In this document: piece after piece, positions 7,631 through 23,200 of the stretch | How the letters are laid out: each line of letters starts with the position of its first letter | Numbering within the stretch: the stretch's first letter is position 1 | Origin: Candidatus Dadabacteria bacterium | GTDB taxonomy: Bacteria > Desulfobacterota_D > UBA1144 > Nemesobacterales > Nemesobacteraceae | Direction: 5' to 3' | NCBI GenBank assembly: GCA_951812945.1 | Contig: CATOTB010000002.1 | Span: forward strand, 27,238 to 91,237 | Length of the DNA stretch: 64,000 nucleotides | Notes under the pieces: generated by a model | What the model was told of the DNA's origin: nothing | The model's database searches: none | What the model saw: the letters and a program-made list of their open reading frames with translations, nothing else | Position numbers and translations under genes: made by a program

Positions 7631-9134
7631 GAAAATTTACCGGAAACTTGACGAAAAAGGCATTTCTTATGACCCTCCCAAAAGGGAATATATCGATAGA
7701 CAGCTTGGAGAGCTTTATACGGACGACACGTACAATCTGATCGCTAGATGCATAAAACTTGCAAAGGCAAACGGTCTTTCCGTGGAAGGCCTGTCGATGC
7801 GCCTTGATTCTCTCCACGACAGATTCAGAAGCAAGCTGTTTAAAAAGTTTTTCCTACCAATACTTGAAGTTTATGAGGAGATGCTTCGTGAAAGAGACAC
7901 CATAGATTTTGAGGACATGATCCTTCGGCCGACCCGCCATCTAAGTGGTGCTGAAAGAGAGGGATTCTGGTTAGGTCAGTATAAATATGTTCTGGTAGAT
8001 GAATTTCAGGACATATCAGAATCCAGAAGGGATTTCCTTGTAGAGGTGCTCGCCCCGGATTCCCGTCTTTTTGCGGTCGGAGACGACTGGCAGTCTATCT
8101 ATCGGTTTACCGGTTCGAACAGCATGGTGATGAAAGAGTTCATTGACTCAGAAAATCCGTTAGTTGCCGGAAACGAAATGTCCGGGCGGGATGATTATTC
8201 GTTTAAGCCCCATGTGTACAGAATTCAGGAGACGTTTCGGACCTGCAAGCCGATCTCTGACGTAGCTTCTGAATTTATTCAGAAAAACCCCGCCCAGATC
8301 AGAAAATCCGTCCGTTCTCGCCCGCCAAACGATAGCACCCCTACCGTCAATATATGTTGCGTTGACCGTTACGATAATGAAAATCTGAAAAAGATTCTGG
8401 ACTTGATTCCCGAATCAGATAAAAGCAAGGGGGTTTTCATACTGGGGAGAAAAAATAGGGAGATTGAAGCTATTGATCCCCGAGATCTTATGGCCTACAG
8501 GGACGACCTCAGAATATCCAAGGAGACGATCCACAAATCAAAAGGTCTTGAAGATGATATCGTCATCGTCGTAGGAATGGATTCGGGCATGAGAGGCTTT
8601 CCGAACCACGGAGGGGAAGATCCTCTAGTCTCTGTTTTTCTTCCTCCAAGTGACAGTTATTTGAATTCTGAAGAGAGGCGGGTGATGTATGTAGCAATGA
8701 CCCGCGCTAGGGAGAAAATATTTCTTGTCAACCAGTCCGTTCAGCCGTCACCTTTTATCGAAGAGGTAAAGGAAATATGCAAGCGCTTGGATATTAAATC
8801 CAACGATATCGTTTTGAGAGGAGATATTGTCGGACCGTGTCCAGAATGCTTAAGCAAGGGATTAGTTGAAGGGAGATGGAGAGGGGCTCTTGTGAGGAGG
8901 GTAAGGAGCAATTCTCCTCCATATTCTATATTTTTGGGATGTACAAACTTCGGGAAAGGACTTTGCAATTACACCAGCGGTGAAGTGCCGTGTCCTGCAT
9001 GCTTAACGAAAGGCAAAACCACTCGACTAAACGTGCGTCCTAAAGAAAGCTTTGAAAAGCACGAGGTGTTTTGCGTTGGTTGCAACTACCGTAAGGATTA
9101 TGATTCGTTTAGGTCAAATAGTACAGAGAGGTAG
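7530..9134 (+). CDS. SF1 UvrD/REP (helicase IV-like) helicase, C-terminal fragment with two topoisomerase-type Zn ribbons
   Basis: YVLVDEFQD (motif II), GDDWQSIYRFTGS (III), IHKSKGLEDDIVIV (V), YVAMTRAREKIFLV (VI). Zn-ribbon patterns CPEC...GCTNFGKGLCNY and CPAC...CVGCNY. It continues the 6641 ORF after a +1 shift. Confidence 0.8.
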   Translation: MSKHSRKKKEFYQKQGRDFLFTYSYEYYEGTVLEKIYRKLDEKGISYDPPKREYIDRQLGELYTDDTYNLIARCIKLAKANGLSVEGLSMRLDSLHDRFRSKLFKKFFLPILEVYEEMLRERDTIDFEDMILRPTRHLSGAEREGFWLGQYKYVLVDEFQDISESRRDFLVEVLAPDSRLFAVGDDWQSIYRFTGSNSMVMKEFIDSENPLVAGNEMSGRDDYSFKPHVYRIQETFRTCKPISDVASEFIQKNPAQIRKSVRSRPPNDSTPTVNICCVDRYDNENLKKILDLIPESDKSKGVFILGRKNREIEAIDPRDLMAYRDDLRISKETIHKSKGLEDDIVIVVGMDSGMRGFPNHGGEDPLVSVFLPPSDSYLNSEERRVMYVAMTRAREKIFLVNQSVQPSPFIEEVKEICKRLDIKSNDIVLRGDIVGPCPECLSKGLVEGRWRGALVRRVRSNSPPYSIFLGCTNFGKGLCNYTSGEVPCPACLTKGKTTRLNVRPKESFEKHEVFCVGCNYRKDYDSFRSNSTER

Positions 9135-9346
9135 TATTGGGGATTTTTCAAAAATTCGGACTCCGTATTTCTTAAAAGACTCTAAGGACCCTTCTGGAAA
9201 GAGTGGTTATGGCGAGCGATATTTCCGGGAGAGCGAGGGCGTTTCAAAGCATGGTAGGCGGCGGGATGGGAATTGAAAAGGCCGCGGCGTTGTCAGGCTT
9301 GATAATTGAAGAATAGAAAATTAAGTACTATGGTTGCCAAGGTCAC

Positions 9347-9925
9347 TTAGGATTGATTCTTACTAAGTTTAGTCAGTTCTTCCTCTAACGTGCCAAGAAC
9401 CTTTTGGTTCAAATTCAAAAAGCGATAGTGATGTCCTCTTAGGCGTTTTGTAAAACCTGAAACATCCCAGTCAGCTCTTTCATTCTCATCCATACTCATT
9501 AACGTGTCATTCATTTTGTAATAGTCGATAAGGACCTTGAACGATGTATATACCTCTACTATTTCGTGTCGCAGGGCGGGATTTGGAATCTGACCGAGAG
9601 AATTTGCGTTTGAACTGTAAACAATAGAATAGTCTTGAGAAAGTGATATACGCAACTTAAACTCTTGTTTTTCGTACTCTTGAAATTTTTCCCAATTTTT
9701 CCAGTGCGTTCCAAGCTCTTCATTATAAAATTCTCCGATTACTCTGAGTTCTTCGCGAATCGCCTCCAAAGTGCCTTTAATTGTCCGACATCGATGCTCC
9801 TTATCAAGTTTTCTCTGGTTCCTCAACGTGTCGCGTACAGCCCAAACAGCGAAACCGCCAGCGATTAAACCACCAATTATACTAGCAACTAAGTTGTTAC
9901 TAAGTATGGTTTGCAAAAGAGACAT
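9347..9925 (-). CDS. Hypothetical membrane-anchored protein
   Basis: 192-aa ORF with an N-terminal TM helix (LVASIIGGLIAGGFAVWAV) followed by a helical, charged domain. Visibly AT-richer than its neighbours. No recognisable family. Confidence 0.5.
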   Translation of the reverse strand: MSLLQTILSNNLVASIIGGLIAGGFAVWAVRDTLRNQRKLDKEHRCRTIKGTLEAIREELRVIGEFYNEELGTHWKNWEKFQEYEKQEFKLRISLSQDYSIVYSSNANSLGQIPNPALRHEIVEVYTSFKVLIDYYKMNDTLMSMDENERADWDVSGFTKRLRGHHYRFLNLNQKVLGTLEEELTKLSKNQS

Positions 9926-10028
9926 TCTTCATTCCTCTCCAGTTTTCTCTAAGATGGTATTGAAAGTGATACTGAAATTCCCCATGCTCCTGAAAATTCA
10001 GTGATCTAAGGTAGTTATAACTTTATGG

Positions 10029-10114
10029 TGGTGCCGAAGGCGGGAGTCGAACCCGCACGCCCGTAGGGCACTACCCCCTCAAGATAGCGCGTCTGCCAAT
10101 TCCGCCACTTCGGC
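10029..10114 (-). tRNA. tRNA-Leu (anticodon GAG)
   Basis: Manual cloverleaf: acceptor GCCGAAG/CTTCGGC, anticodon arm CTATC-TTGAGGG-GGTAG, long variable arm, T-arm GCGGG-TTCGACT-CCCGC, encoded CCA. Confidence 0.9.
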
Positions 10115-10155
10115 CCAAAATCGGACTGTAAAAGATATCACGCAAAGTGTAAATT

Positions 10156-11379
10156 TCAAGCGCCAAACTTGCTAAGGCGCCCCGCATGGGCAAGAAGAAG
10201 CGGCATTATTTCTGTCGCCTTTATGATCCCCAGATCACCGGACAAACAGGACGATTCGGAAAAACCTGCCACGCCCCCTCCCCTGCAGTATTTAGAGCTG
10301 ATTATAAGGGGCACAGGGTGCCAGCTGTGCGATTTCATTGCCGCCGGGGTCGAATGATCACCCGTGACGGCAAGAACATCTACACCGAGTCCCGTGATTT
10401 CGGGCAGCAGCGAATCAAATTCCTCTATTACCCCCACCTTCGCGTCAAAATCGCCGTCTTCTCCATAACTGTCCGTTTTCTTTACGTGCAGGTAGAAAAA
10501 GTCATAGTCCTCGAAATTAGCAGAAAGCGTCTGGATCTCATCACCTATGGAATCTCCTGAGACATCAAGGACGTCCATTCCGAGCAGTTTCGATACCCCC
10601 TTGTACATCGGATAGGCGGCAACGCATCCGGCCCGAAGCCCGTAAGCCTGATCGAAGGTCGGAAGATTCGGCCTCACGGAAAAACCCCTTAGAAGCATGT
10701 GGTTAGCCGCGGGCTCATCCCTTATCACCTTGCAGGCCCGGTCAATCAGCTCTCCTGCGATTTCGGCCGTCTTCTGGGAACCGCTGTTCTCCCCCTGGGG
10801 TATGATAGGAGCTTTGCCTTCTGCCTGCGGGTCTGTGTCGCAGACAACTGCGTCTGATTCCGAGAGATGCGGTATAAATGACAGAACTACGACAAAGCGG
10901 TGCTCAAGGCCTGGATAGAAACTCACTTTGACCCCGCATATCTCACTGACGGCTGAGGAAATCCTGGAGATAATCCTCCTGTTCTCTTCCGTGCTGATCC
11001 TGCCGGCTCTCCTGTCGGTAACGACCGGGGTATCTCCTTCGTAGCTCACCGTGGCGAAGTTGCCCCTAACCGCCATGTCCGACGGACCGAGATCAATTCC
11101 AAGGCCCAGAGCCTCAAGAACTCCCCTTCCTATCTCGTTTCGAACGGGATCGTAACCGAAAAGTGCGAGGTGCGCGGCGCCGCTCCCAGGAGTTATCCCC
11201 CTCTCAACGGGCACGTGCAGCCCAAGGGATGCGCCAGAAGAAATTCGGTCAAGATTAGGAGTCCGGGCCGCTTCTAGCTCCGTTTTTCCCCGAACGGGAA
11301 GCCCCCCGAGTCCGTCAAGAACGCAGAGAACTATCTTTGAGGAATTTTTCTCGACAAGTTTTGTAACCAGATCCTGCAT
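10156..11379 (-). CDS. apgM: Cofactor-independent phosphoglycerate mutase, archaeal/ApgM type
   Basis: 407 aa with LCVLDGLGG and TGDHSTP motifs typical of ApgM-family metalloenzymes. Confidence 0.8.
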   Translation of the reverse strand: MQDLVTKLVEKNSSKIVLCVLDGLGGLPVRGKTELEAARTPNLDRISSGASLGLHVPVERGITPGSGAAHLALFGYDPVRNEIGRGVLEALGLGIDLGPSDMAVRGNFATVSYEGDTPVVTDRRAGRISTEENRRIISRISSAVSEICGVKVSFYPGLEHRFVVVLSFIPHLSESDAVVCDTDPQAEGKAPIIPQGENSGSQKTAEIAGELIDRACKVIRDEPAANHMLLRGFSVRPNLPTFDQAYGLRAGCVAAYPMYKGVSKLLGMDVLDVSGDSIGDEIQTLSANFEDYDFFYLHVKKTDSYGEDGDFDAKVGVIEEFDSLLPEITGLGVDVLAVTGDHSTPAAMKSHSWHPVPLIISSKYCRGGGVAGFSESSCLSGDLGIIKATEIMPLLLAHAGRLSKFGA

Positions 11380-11415
11380 TTTTCTTCCTTGTGCACCGTC
11401 TGAGCGGAGACACTG

Positions 11416-12183
11416 TCAGGGATCCCTGAGCTCTATTTCAGCTCCGTCATACGCGGGCTCTATATGATCGGGAAGCTCCGCCCGGAGCTTCTCATACTCA
11501 AGCTCATGTCCCATGTGGGTTAAAAGTGCTCTTTTGGGTCCCAGTTTTTCTATTTCCTCCACCGCCTGTTCTATGTTGAAGTGTGCCCTGTGGGGTTTGT
11601 ACCTCAACGCGCCGAGTATCAGAAGATCAAGTCCCTGGAGTTTTTCATAGGCGTCCTCGGGGATGGCGCTGCAGTCGGTAAGGTAACCGAAAGACCCGAT
11701 GCGGTAGCCAAGTATCTGCCAGTTGTGATGATAGATGTCTATGGGCTCTATCCTGATTCCCTCAAACTTTATCTCCCCGTTTATCTCCTTGAAATTAAGC
11801 CTGGGTTTTCCTCCCGCCGCCGGGAAGGAGTCGAATATGTAGGCGAAATTCCGCTTTATGTCGCCGAGGGTAACCGTGTTCGCATAACAGTCTATGTCCA
11901 TCGCATTTATGAAGTTAAACGCCTTAAGATCGTCTATTCCGTGGGTGTGATCGGCGTGGGAGTGTGTATAGAGAACAAGATCAACCCTGGTTATCCCTTC
12001 CCTCAGGGCCTGGGTCCTGAGATCGGTAGAAGTGTCGACAAGTATTTTCTTCCCAGACACCTCAACCAGCACGGAACTTCTCGTACGTTTGTTTCTTATA
12101 TTTTCCGATGTGCACACATCACATCGGCAGCCCACTATGGGAACGCCGGTCGAAGTAGCACACCCAAGTACCCTGACCTTCAT
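11416..12183 (-). CDS. MBL-fold metallo-hydrolase (PhnP/GPMB-like)
   Basis: HSHADHTHG metallo-beta-lactamase motif. The likely start is MKVRVLGC; the ORF track starts 12 nt earlier at a TTG. Confidence 0.75.
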   Translation of the reverse strand: MKVRVLGCATSTGVPIVGCRCDVCTSENIRNKRTRSSVLVEVSGKKILVDTSTDLRTQALREGITRVDLVLYTHSHADHTHGIDDLKAFNFINAMDIDCYANTVTLGDIKRNFAYIFDSFPAAGGKPRLNFKEINGEIKFEGIRIEPIDIYHHNWQILGYRIGSFGYLTDCSAIPEDAYEKLQGLDLLILGALRYKPHRAHFNIEQAVEEIEKLGPKRALLTHMGHELEYEKLRAELPDHIEPAYDGAEIELRDP

Positions 12184-12289
12184 AGAACACGCCAAACATG
12201 TTAGAATTTATTTCGTAAGAACATAACACACAAATCTTCCGAAAATAAATTTACAGAGGCGTAACTACACAATATAGTTTCTGCTTAAA

Positions 12290-14026
12290 GTGAAAAACTG
12301 CATAAAATTCTCTCCTTTTCTAATAGCGTTTATCTGCCTGTTTGTCTTTTCTTCCACCGAAGCAAGGGAAAAAAATCAGGCCATATACGAAGAGAATTTC
12401 AAGCTTTACCGCCAGCTTGAATCAAACTCCGAAAAAGCCAAAAGAAGCGAGACCTGGGATCTCGTTGGAAGCACTTTCTACAGAATATACTCCCAGAGCC
12501 CCGAGTGGAAGAACTCCCCGCTCTGCCTCTTCGTAGCAGCAAGGGTCTATGAGAAAAAGTCCCTGAGGTTCAAATCCCCCCAAGATTCGGAAAAAGCGCT
12601 TCAGTACTCGCGGGAGTTCGTGAAAAGATATCCGAACGACAGCCTGGCCGACGACTCGTGGCTTCGGGTGGGCAGAATTCATGAGCGCAGGGGCGAGAAA
12701 AAAGAAGCCGCCACGGCGTACCAGAGAATTGTCTACGGAATGGAGGACTCAGACACCTACGAGATCGCGAAGAAAAAACTGGCGATAGTTACAGGAGCCA
12801 CCACACTCAAGAAAACAAAACCTGAGCCGCCTAAAGAAATCATCCCCACGCCAAATCCGGAAGGCTACGCCTTGATAAAAAAAATAAGGCACTGGTCAAC
12901 GGACGATTATACGCGGGTCGTCATAGAAACCGACAAGAACGTCAAGTACACATCCAGGATGCTTCGCCCCGACCCGGAACTCAAAACCCCTCCACGTCTC
13001 TATGTGGATCTTGAGGAAACCATCCTTGACAATTCAATCAAGGTCGAACCTATAACGAAGGGACTTCTCGAGAAGATAGGTTATGCGACGAACCGCCCCG
13101 GAGTATCGCGCATCGTGCTGTACATAAAAGATCTCGAGGGCCACAAGGTCTTTTCCCTGCCAAAATCGGAGCAGAACCCGCATTTTCGGCTTGTGATGGA
13201 TATAAAGGGGCTGGGAGCAAAACCGGAGAAGATATTCGCAAAGGACGCTCCTTCATACGACAAGCAGGGACCTTCGCTTGAATCCAGGGTTCCCGAAGGA
13301 GAGATAGCGAGTCTCAAGCAGGCCCTCGGGCTCAAGGTAAGAACCATAGTAATCGATCCGGGGCACGGGGGACATGATCCCGGCGCCATAGGTCCAAGCG
13401 GCCTCAGGGAAAAGGACGTAAACCTCAAGATAGCCAAAAGACTCAGGCAAAGGCTGATCGAAGAAGGGAAAAGCTTCGGCATAGAGAATGTCTATCTTAC
13501 AAGAAGCAGCGACAGGTTCATTCCCCTTGAGGAACGTACCGCCATAGCGAGAAAAAGAAAAGCGGACATCTTCATATCCATACACTGCAACGGGGCAAGA
13601 ACGAAGAAGGCGCATGGAATAGAGACCTATATACTGGGCTTCACGGACGACCAGACCTCCCTGCAACTCGCGGCCAGGGAAAATGCCACCACGACCAAGG
13701 GACTGCACGAACTAGGAAACACGCTCAAGCAATACATGCTCAGCTCCAAGAAAGAGGAATCCCAGCAAGTCGCCGGTTACGTGCAGAAATCCATAATTCG
13801 GAACGTTTCCGGAAAATACAAGTACATAAAGAACAAGGGGGTTAAAAAGGCTCCCTTTGTCGTACTGATCGGCGCAGACGTACCGAGCGTACTGGTCGAG
13901 ACCTCCTTCATAACAAACCCCAGGGAGGAAAAAAGGCTGAAGAGCAAAGCCTATATAGAAAGAATAGTGGACGGAATAATTCAGGGAGTAAAACAGTACT
14001 CGTTGCAGGGCCAGAGAATCTCCTGA
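12290..14026 (+). CDS. N-acetylmuramoyl-L-alanine amidase (Amidase_3) with N-terminal TPR-like and AMIN domains
   Basis: VIDPGHGGHDPGA and SIHCN motifs. AMIN-like block RHWSTDDYTRVVIETD. Signal peptide present. Confidence 0.85.
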   Translation: MKNCIKFSPFLIAFICLFVFSSTEAREKNQAIYEENFKLYRQLESNSEKAKRSETWDLVGSTFYRIYSQSPEWKNSPLCLFVAARVYEKKSLRFKSPQDSEKALQYSREFVKRYPNDSLADDSWLRVGRIHERRGEKKEAATAYQRIVYGMEDSDTYEIAKKKLAIVTGATTLKKTKPEPPKEIIPTPNPEGYALIKKIRHWSTDDYTRVVIETDKNVKYTSRMLRPDPELKTPPRLYVDLEETILDNSIKVEPITKGLLEKIGYATNRPGVSRIVLYIKDLEGHKVFSLPKSEQNPHFRLVMDIKGLGAKPEKIFAKDAPSYDKQGPSLESRVPEGEIASLKQALGLKVRTIVIDPGHGGHDPGAIGPSGLREKDVNLKIAKRLRQRLIEEGKSFGIENVYLTRSSDRFIPLEERTAIARKRKADIFISIHCNGARTKKAHGIETYILGFTDDQTSLQLAARENATTTKGLHELGNTLKQYMLSSKKEESQQVAGYVQKSIIRNVSGKYKYIKNKGVKKAPFVVLIGADVPSVLVETSFITNPREEKRLKSKAYIERIVDGIIQGVKQYSLQGQRIS

Positions 14027-14039
14027 AACACCGCTACTT

Positions 14040-18555
<4,516 letters not shown>

Positions 18556-18559
<4 letters not shown>

Positions 18560-19938
18560 TGCGGAGCCTCCCGGACCGCAAAATTCTTTTTCACGTAGTT
18601 AATTTTGTACCATACGTTGTCGTCGATCCACTTGGCGTCCCACCACTCAAGCGGCCTCACCGGAACCCCCTGAACGTAAACCCCGAAATGGAGATGGTCT
18701 CCGACGGCAAGCCCGGTAGTGCCCGTCCTTCCCACACGGTCCTTTTTCTCCACGGTGTCTCCGACTTTTACGTCCATCGAGGTCAGATGGGAGTAAAGCG
18801 TCATAACCCCCATGCCATGGTCAATGATGACCGTATTGCCGTATATGCCGAGGTGGTCGGCAAAAACCACAACTCCGCTGTTAGAGGCGGGAACAGTGTG
18901 CTTTCTGGTAACGGAAAGGTCGTAGCCGAGGTGATACTGTCTGTCGATCACCTCGCCGTCCATCAGATATTTCCTGTGGTCAGCAAATGTCGCGCCCACT
19001 TTGGAATTGGGAAGCTGGTTGAATTTCCCTTTCCAGAGAATTTTATCTCCGCTTTGCCTTCCGACTTCATATATCCTGTTGTCGTTTTCCTTTCTCGTCT
19101 CACTGTTGACCTTGAGAAACGCCTTAAGAAAATCAGGCTGCCCGTCATCCCCTACCGAGGAATAGCCGTAAATCCTGCTGAAAAGCGGGAGGACCTTCTT
19201 TTTCAAAAACCCCTCTGAGAGGGCTATTTCGTCTTTTACGTACGAGGCTCTCAAGAGCCTGTAATGAACGGATTCACTCCTTTCGTTTCCGGCCGCGTCG
19301 GCCGCAAGAATTTCTATCTTTTCGCCCCTGGCGGCATTGTACGGATAGGCAAAAAAGGAAAGATATATCAGGGGATCTTCAAAGTATCCGCCGTAGCCTT
19401 CGAAAAAGAGGTCTTTTATCTGAACGCCACTTGAGACCGTGTCCTCGGAAACCTTGTAGATAACAACTCCCGCGCCGCCGTGTCTTATATACAGCATGGG
19501 CGAGAGTTCCTGCACTTCGGGAGGGATGAAATCAAGGGCTATTTTCTGGCTGAAAACGGCCTTTTTCCCTGAGAAAAGACCATTCATGAAACGGTCGGTC
19601 GCCTCTATGAAAAGCTCCGACTCCCCGCCTTTTATACCGAGCTTTTCGGGGTTGATGCTTACGTTTAGCACATCGCTTTTCGTTCCCTTCTTATACTCCT
19701 TTTCGACAAGAACGGACTCCCCGTAAGCGTCAAGCAGGTAGATGCGCACCTTGGAAAGCCCGGTACCCTTATCGGACACCGTTACCTCAAAGGGCTTTGT
19801 GCTCAGACTCTTAATGTCCCGCTCGATGGATATTACGGGAGGACTCATCTCGGCAATGGAAATAATTTTTATGAGAGCAATGATCAGAAGCAAAATCCCA
19901 AAAACAGCGGCAACCTGTTTCCCGGATACATGTAGCAT
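18556..19938 (-). CDS. M23 family metallopeptidase (LytM domain), membrane anchored
   Basis: N-terminal TM helix and a C-terminal HLGYD...HLHFGVY M23 signature. Its 3' end overlaps the downstream rlmB start by 4 nt. Confidence 0.85.
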
Positions 19939-20229
19939 TAAAACAACCTCCTTTAAGTTACGGCAGCGGTTTTATTTTTCATGTCATATGAATAACTTAG
20001 ACAGCAAATAGAAAGTTTTCCTTGAAATCGCCCAAGAAATGTAAATTCACCCTCGAACGATCCGGCTTTACGGCAAAAAACCCCGGTAAACAGAACAGAC
20101 TGAACCTTTCGCAGAGATCGAGTGAGTTCTGTTTTTATTTGGTGGCTTTTAAGTATAATAGGCTTGATAGGAAAATCCAGATCCTTTAGCGTGACCTAAA
20201 AGAAACCCCCTGCGTTTTCACTGAAGATA

Positions 20230-23200
20230 GTGCGTCGAAGAACGATTTTTTTTATATTGGCGGCAGTAGTTTCCGCCCTTATCGTAGGGCTTCTCCTGTT
20301 CTCCAAGACCGAGCAAAGCCGCCAGTACGCGAAAAACCTCATAGAGCAAAGGCTCAACTCGATTCCCAATTTCCATATAAGCCTCGGAGAGATAAGAGGA
20401 AGCATAATCTCCACAATGGAGATAGACGATATTGAAGTAAAGATAGCCGGGAAGAGTTTCATAGAGATCGAAAAACTCTCAACGAACTACTCAATTCCCC
20501 TTCTTTACTCGATAATCTCAAGAAAAAAGCTCTACTTATCAAACACGGAGGTACACGGCCTGAAACTCCTGCTGGAGAAGGACAGAAGCGGGGTATGGAA
20601 TTTCAAGAAGCTCAAAAACGAAGACAAAACCGCCGAGCGTCCGCAGGAGAAAAGAATAAGCCTCATTTTCGCGAACAACAGAGTCCGCAACTCCCGCGTT
20701 TCCATAACCGACCACACAAGAGACAAGGTATGGGAGTTTGACCTGGTGGAAGAGTCGCTTTTCTCCATAAACATCGTGGAACTTACGAAAAAACTCGAGC
20801 TTGACGCAAAGGACGTGAATTTTGACTACGTGTCTCCCAGAATCAGGATAAGAAACCTAAAGGGAGAGATTGAGATAGCATCCTGGAATTGCGTATTCAA
20901 AGACGCGGGATTTAAGGTTGAGGGCGTACCGATCAGGGGGGACGGTACCGCAAGGAACCTGAGAAATCCTGAATTTGACATGACCGTCTATCTCGACGCG
21001 CTAGGAATAAACGGCAAGGGAGAGCTTAACCTGCAGGCAAAGACGAAGGTCAAGATGCACTCCGTCGACAATCTGGTCGGCACGGTGGAGGTCTCAACCC
21101 CGGATTCGTTCCTTAACGGGCAGCGACTTTGGACAGACCTTAAACCGCTCAGAATCAACGGGACAAAAGCCCTTATAGAGGGCAAAGTGGGCGGAGGGTT
21201 CGGAGAATCCCGCCTGAAAGGGAACGTCGATCTAAGGAAATGGCTCGCAAAAAAAGAGAAAAACTGGTTTGACTTCGCAGTAGAGCTAAAAGACGCGGAC
21301 ACAGATGAGCTCACAGAGATACTTAACCGCACTCCCTACCCTCTTAAATTCGGAGATAATTCAAAGCTTAGCTCGAATCTTAGGATAAGCGGCAACTGGG
21401 CAAGCAGGGAAATCTATTCCCTTCGGATTGAACCCGATTACCTTGACGTAATCGACAGTGAGCAGCAAAACCTTCGGATGGCAGGCCATCTGACGCTCAG
21501 AAACGACGGCGTGGATTTCGATCTGAACTCAGAAGCAAAGGGGTTCAAGCTGAAGTTCGAATTCCCGGACGCAACGATTGACAACTACGTTAGTGGAAGC
21601 GCGAGCTTCCGGGGAGCGGCACCAAAAAACGCCAAGTTCTTTGAAGATGTGGACTTAAGAGTGAATGCCGACCTTAAAACAGACGGATTCTACGGAATAA
21701 CGAACATAAGTTCCCGGATTGACGCCGCCATCGAAAAAGGAACCCTGACGATAGACAGACTCAACGTCGTATCCGATCAATTCTCCCTGTCCGCGGAAAA
21801 AACCGAAGAAATACAAAAGGGTCTTGACTGCGCTTTTGAATTCGCGACGCAGGACCTGGGTTTTCTCTCCGAGATTGACGAAAGGGTCCCCATGCTCTTA
21901 GGAAAAACAAGCTCAAACGGAAGAATCAGCGGAAGCGTTTTCACTCCACATATAAAGGCGACCTCGCACGTGGAGAACTTCGCCTATAAAAAAGACTTCA
22001 TAGCTCAGCACATGTCCGTTCGCTCAAGTACACGGATTGATTTTAAGAACACGCCCAAGGTGTCGCTTGACATAAACCTCAATGGGCAGCAGGCGCGCGT
22101 TTTAGGCAATTCCTCGGATACGATCGAGGCAAAGCTTCGGGGAACGGAAGCTCATATTGAAATGGGTGTCCTTTTGAGCAAGAAAAACGGTGCCTTCGCC
22201 TCTTCAGAATTCAGTGTTAACAGCCCCTTGGACCGCGAGAAAAAATTAAGGATGACATATCTTGAAGGTCTTCTGGGCGAAAAACGGTTCAGGAGCAAAG
22301 GAGATATCCTCCTTGATATATCTCCTGACAGAACAAGGATCGAGGGAGATGAATTTCTCTACGGAGATGGGAAACTCGCCGATTTTCTTGGAGAAATCGA
22401 CAGGAAGAAAAAGACAGTCGAACTTCGGGGGGAAATGACGGACTTTGATCCGCTGATCATATCAAAGGTTCTCAATTTCAAACACGATCTCGAAGGAACG
22501 TATAACGGAAAAGTCAAAGTCAGCGGTCCTTTTGCCGCTCCTTCAGTGCAGGCTCAAGTAAGGTCGGACGGTTTTTTCTATAAAATCCCGGATGTCGCAG
22601 AAATGGAAATTGCGCTCCAAGGGAAAAACGGAAGACTTTCTCTTGATTTTGTGTCCTTAACGGACGAGGGAAACAGACTCAGTCTACGGGGAGACATTCT
22701 GGTTTCAAAAAAGGCCCAAAGCCCTCTCGAGGCGATAACGGGAGCTTCAGTGGACCTTGAATTGATGTCCGAGGGATACGGACTCGGCTTTATGAAAATT
22801 TTTTCAAATTCAATAGAAAGAATCGAGGGGGACTTCTCATCCGCCGGCCTTTCTCTCGGCGGCACCCTCGCAAAACCGAGGATAAAAGGAGATCTTGAGG
22901 TAAATGAGGTCAAACTCTCTCTGACCCAGCTAAGAAACAGCCTCTTCACGGAACATGCCGAGCTTTCGTTTAACGGTTCGAAAATGACCCTGCCCAGAAT
23001 GGAATTTCGTTCAAGAGTGGGGAGGGCCTACCTGCAGGGCAAAATGGATCTCTCTGATTTCACGTACCGCGCCGATCTTGAGATGGAAAAGATCCGTTTT
23101 AATCCCCACTCCATAAAAACGGACCTGTCAGGTGATCTCAGGATAGAAAAGAGAGATGAATTTCTGAGCGTGAAGGGAAAGGCTAAGGTCACGGCGGGGC

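Noticed and set aside
9209-9316. 35-aa ORF (MASDISGRARAFQSMVGGGMGIEKAAALSGLIIEE) downstream of the helicase. It is faintly HTH-like.
   Set aside because: It is too short, has no SD and has no recognisable family. It may be a fragment, but that cannot be supported.
9926-10155. tRNA-Leu as an integration site (att) for an island containing the helicase and the 192-aa ORF.
   Set aside because: No integrase was found. No direct repeat of the tRNA 3' end was found by eye near 6580-6640 or elsewhere in the interval.
20080-20150. 7-bp stem ACAGAAC...GTTCTGT followed by TTTTT, upstream of tamB. It could be a terminator or an sRNA.
   Set aside because: The loop is about 29 nt, and nothing upstream on this strand needs terminating. 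The evidence is too weak.
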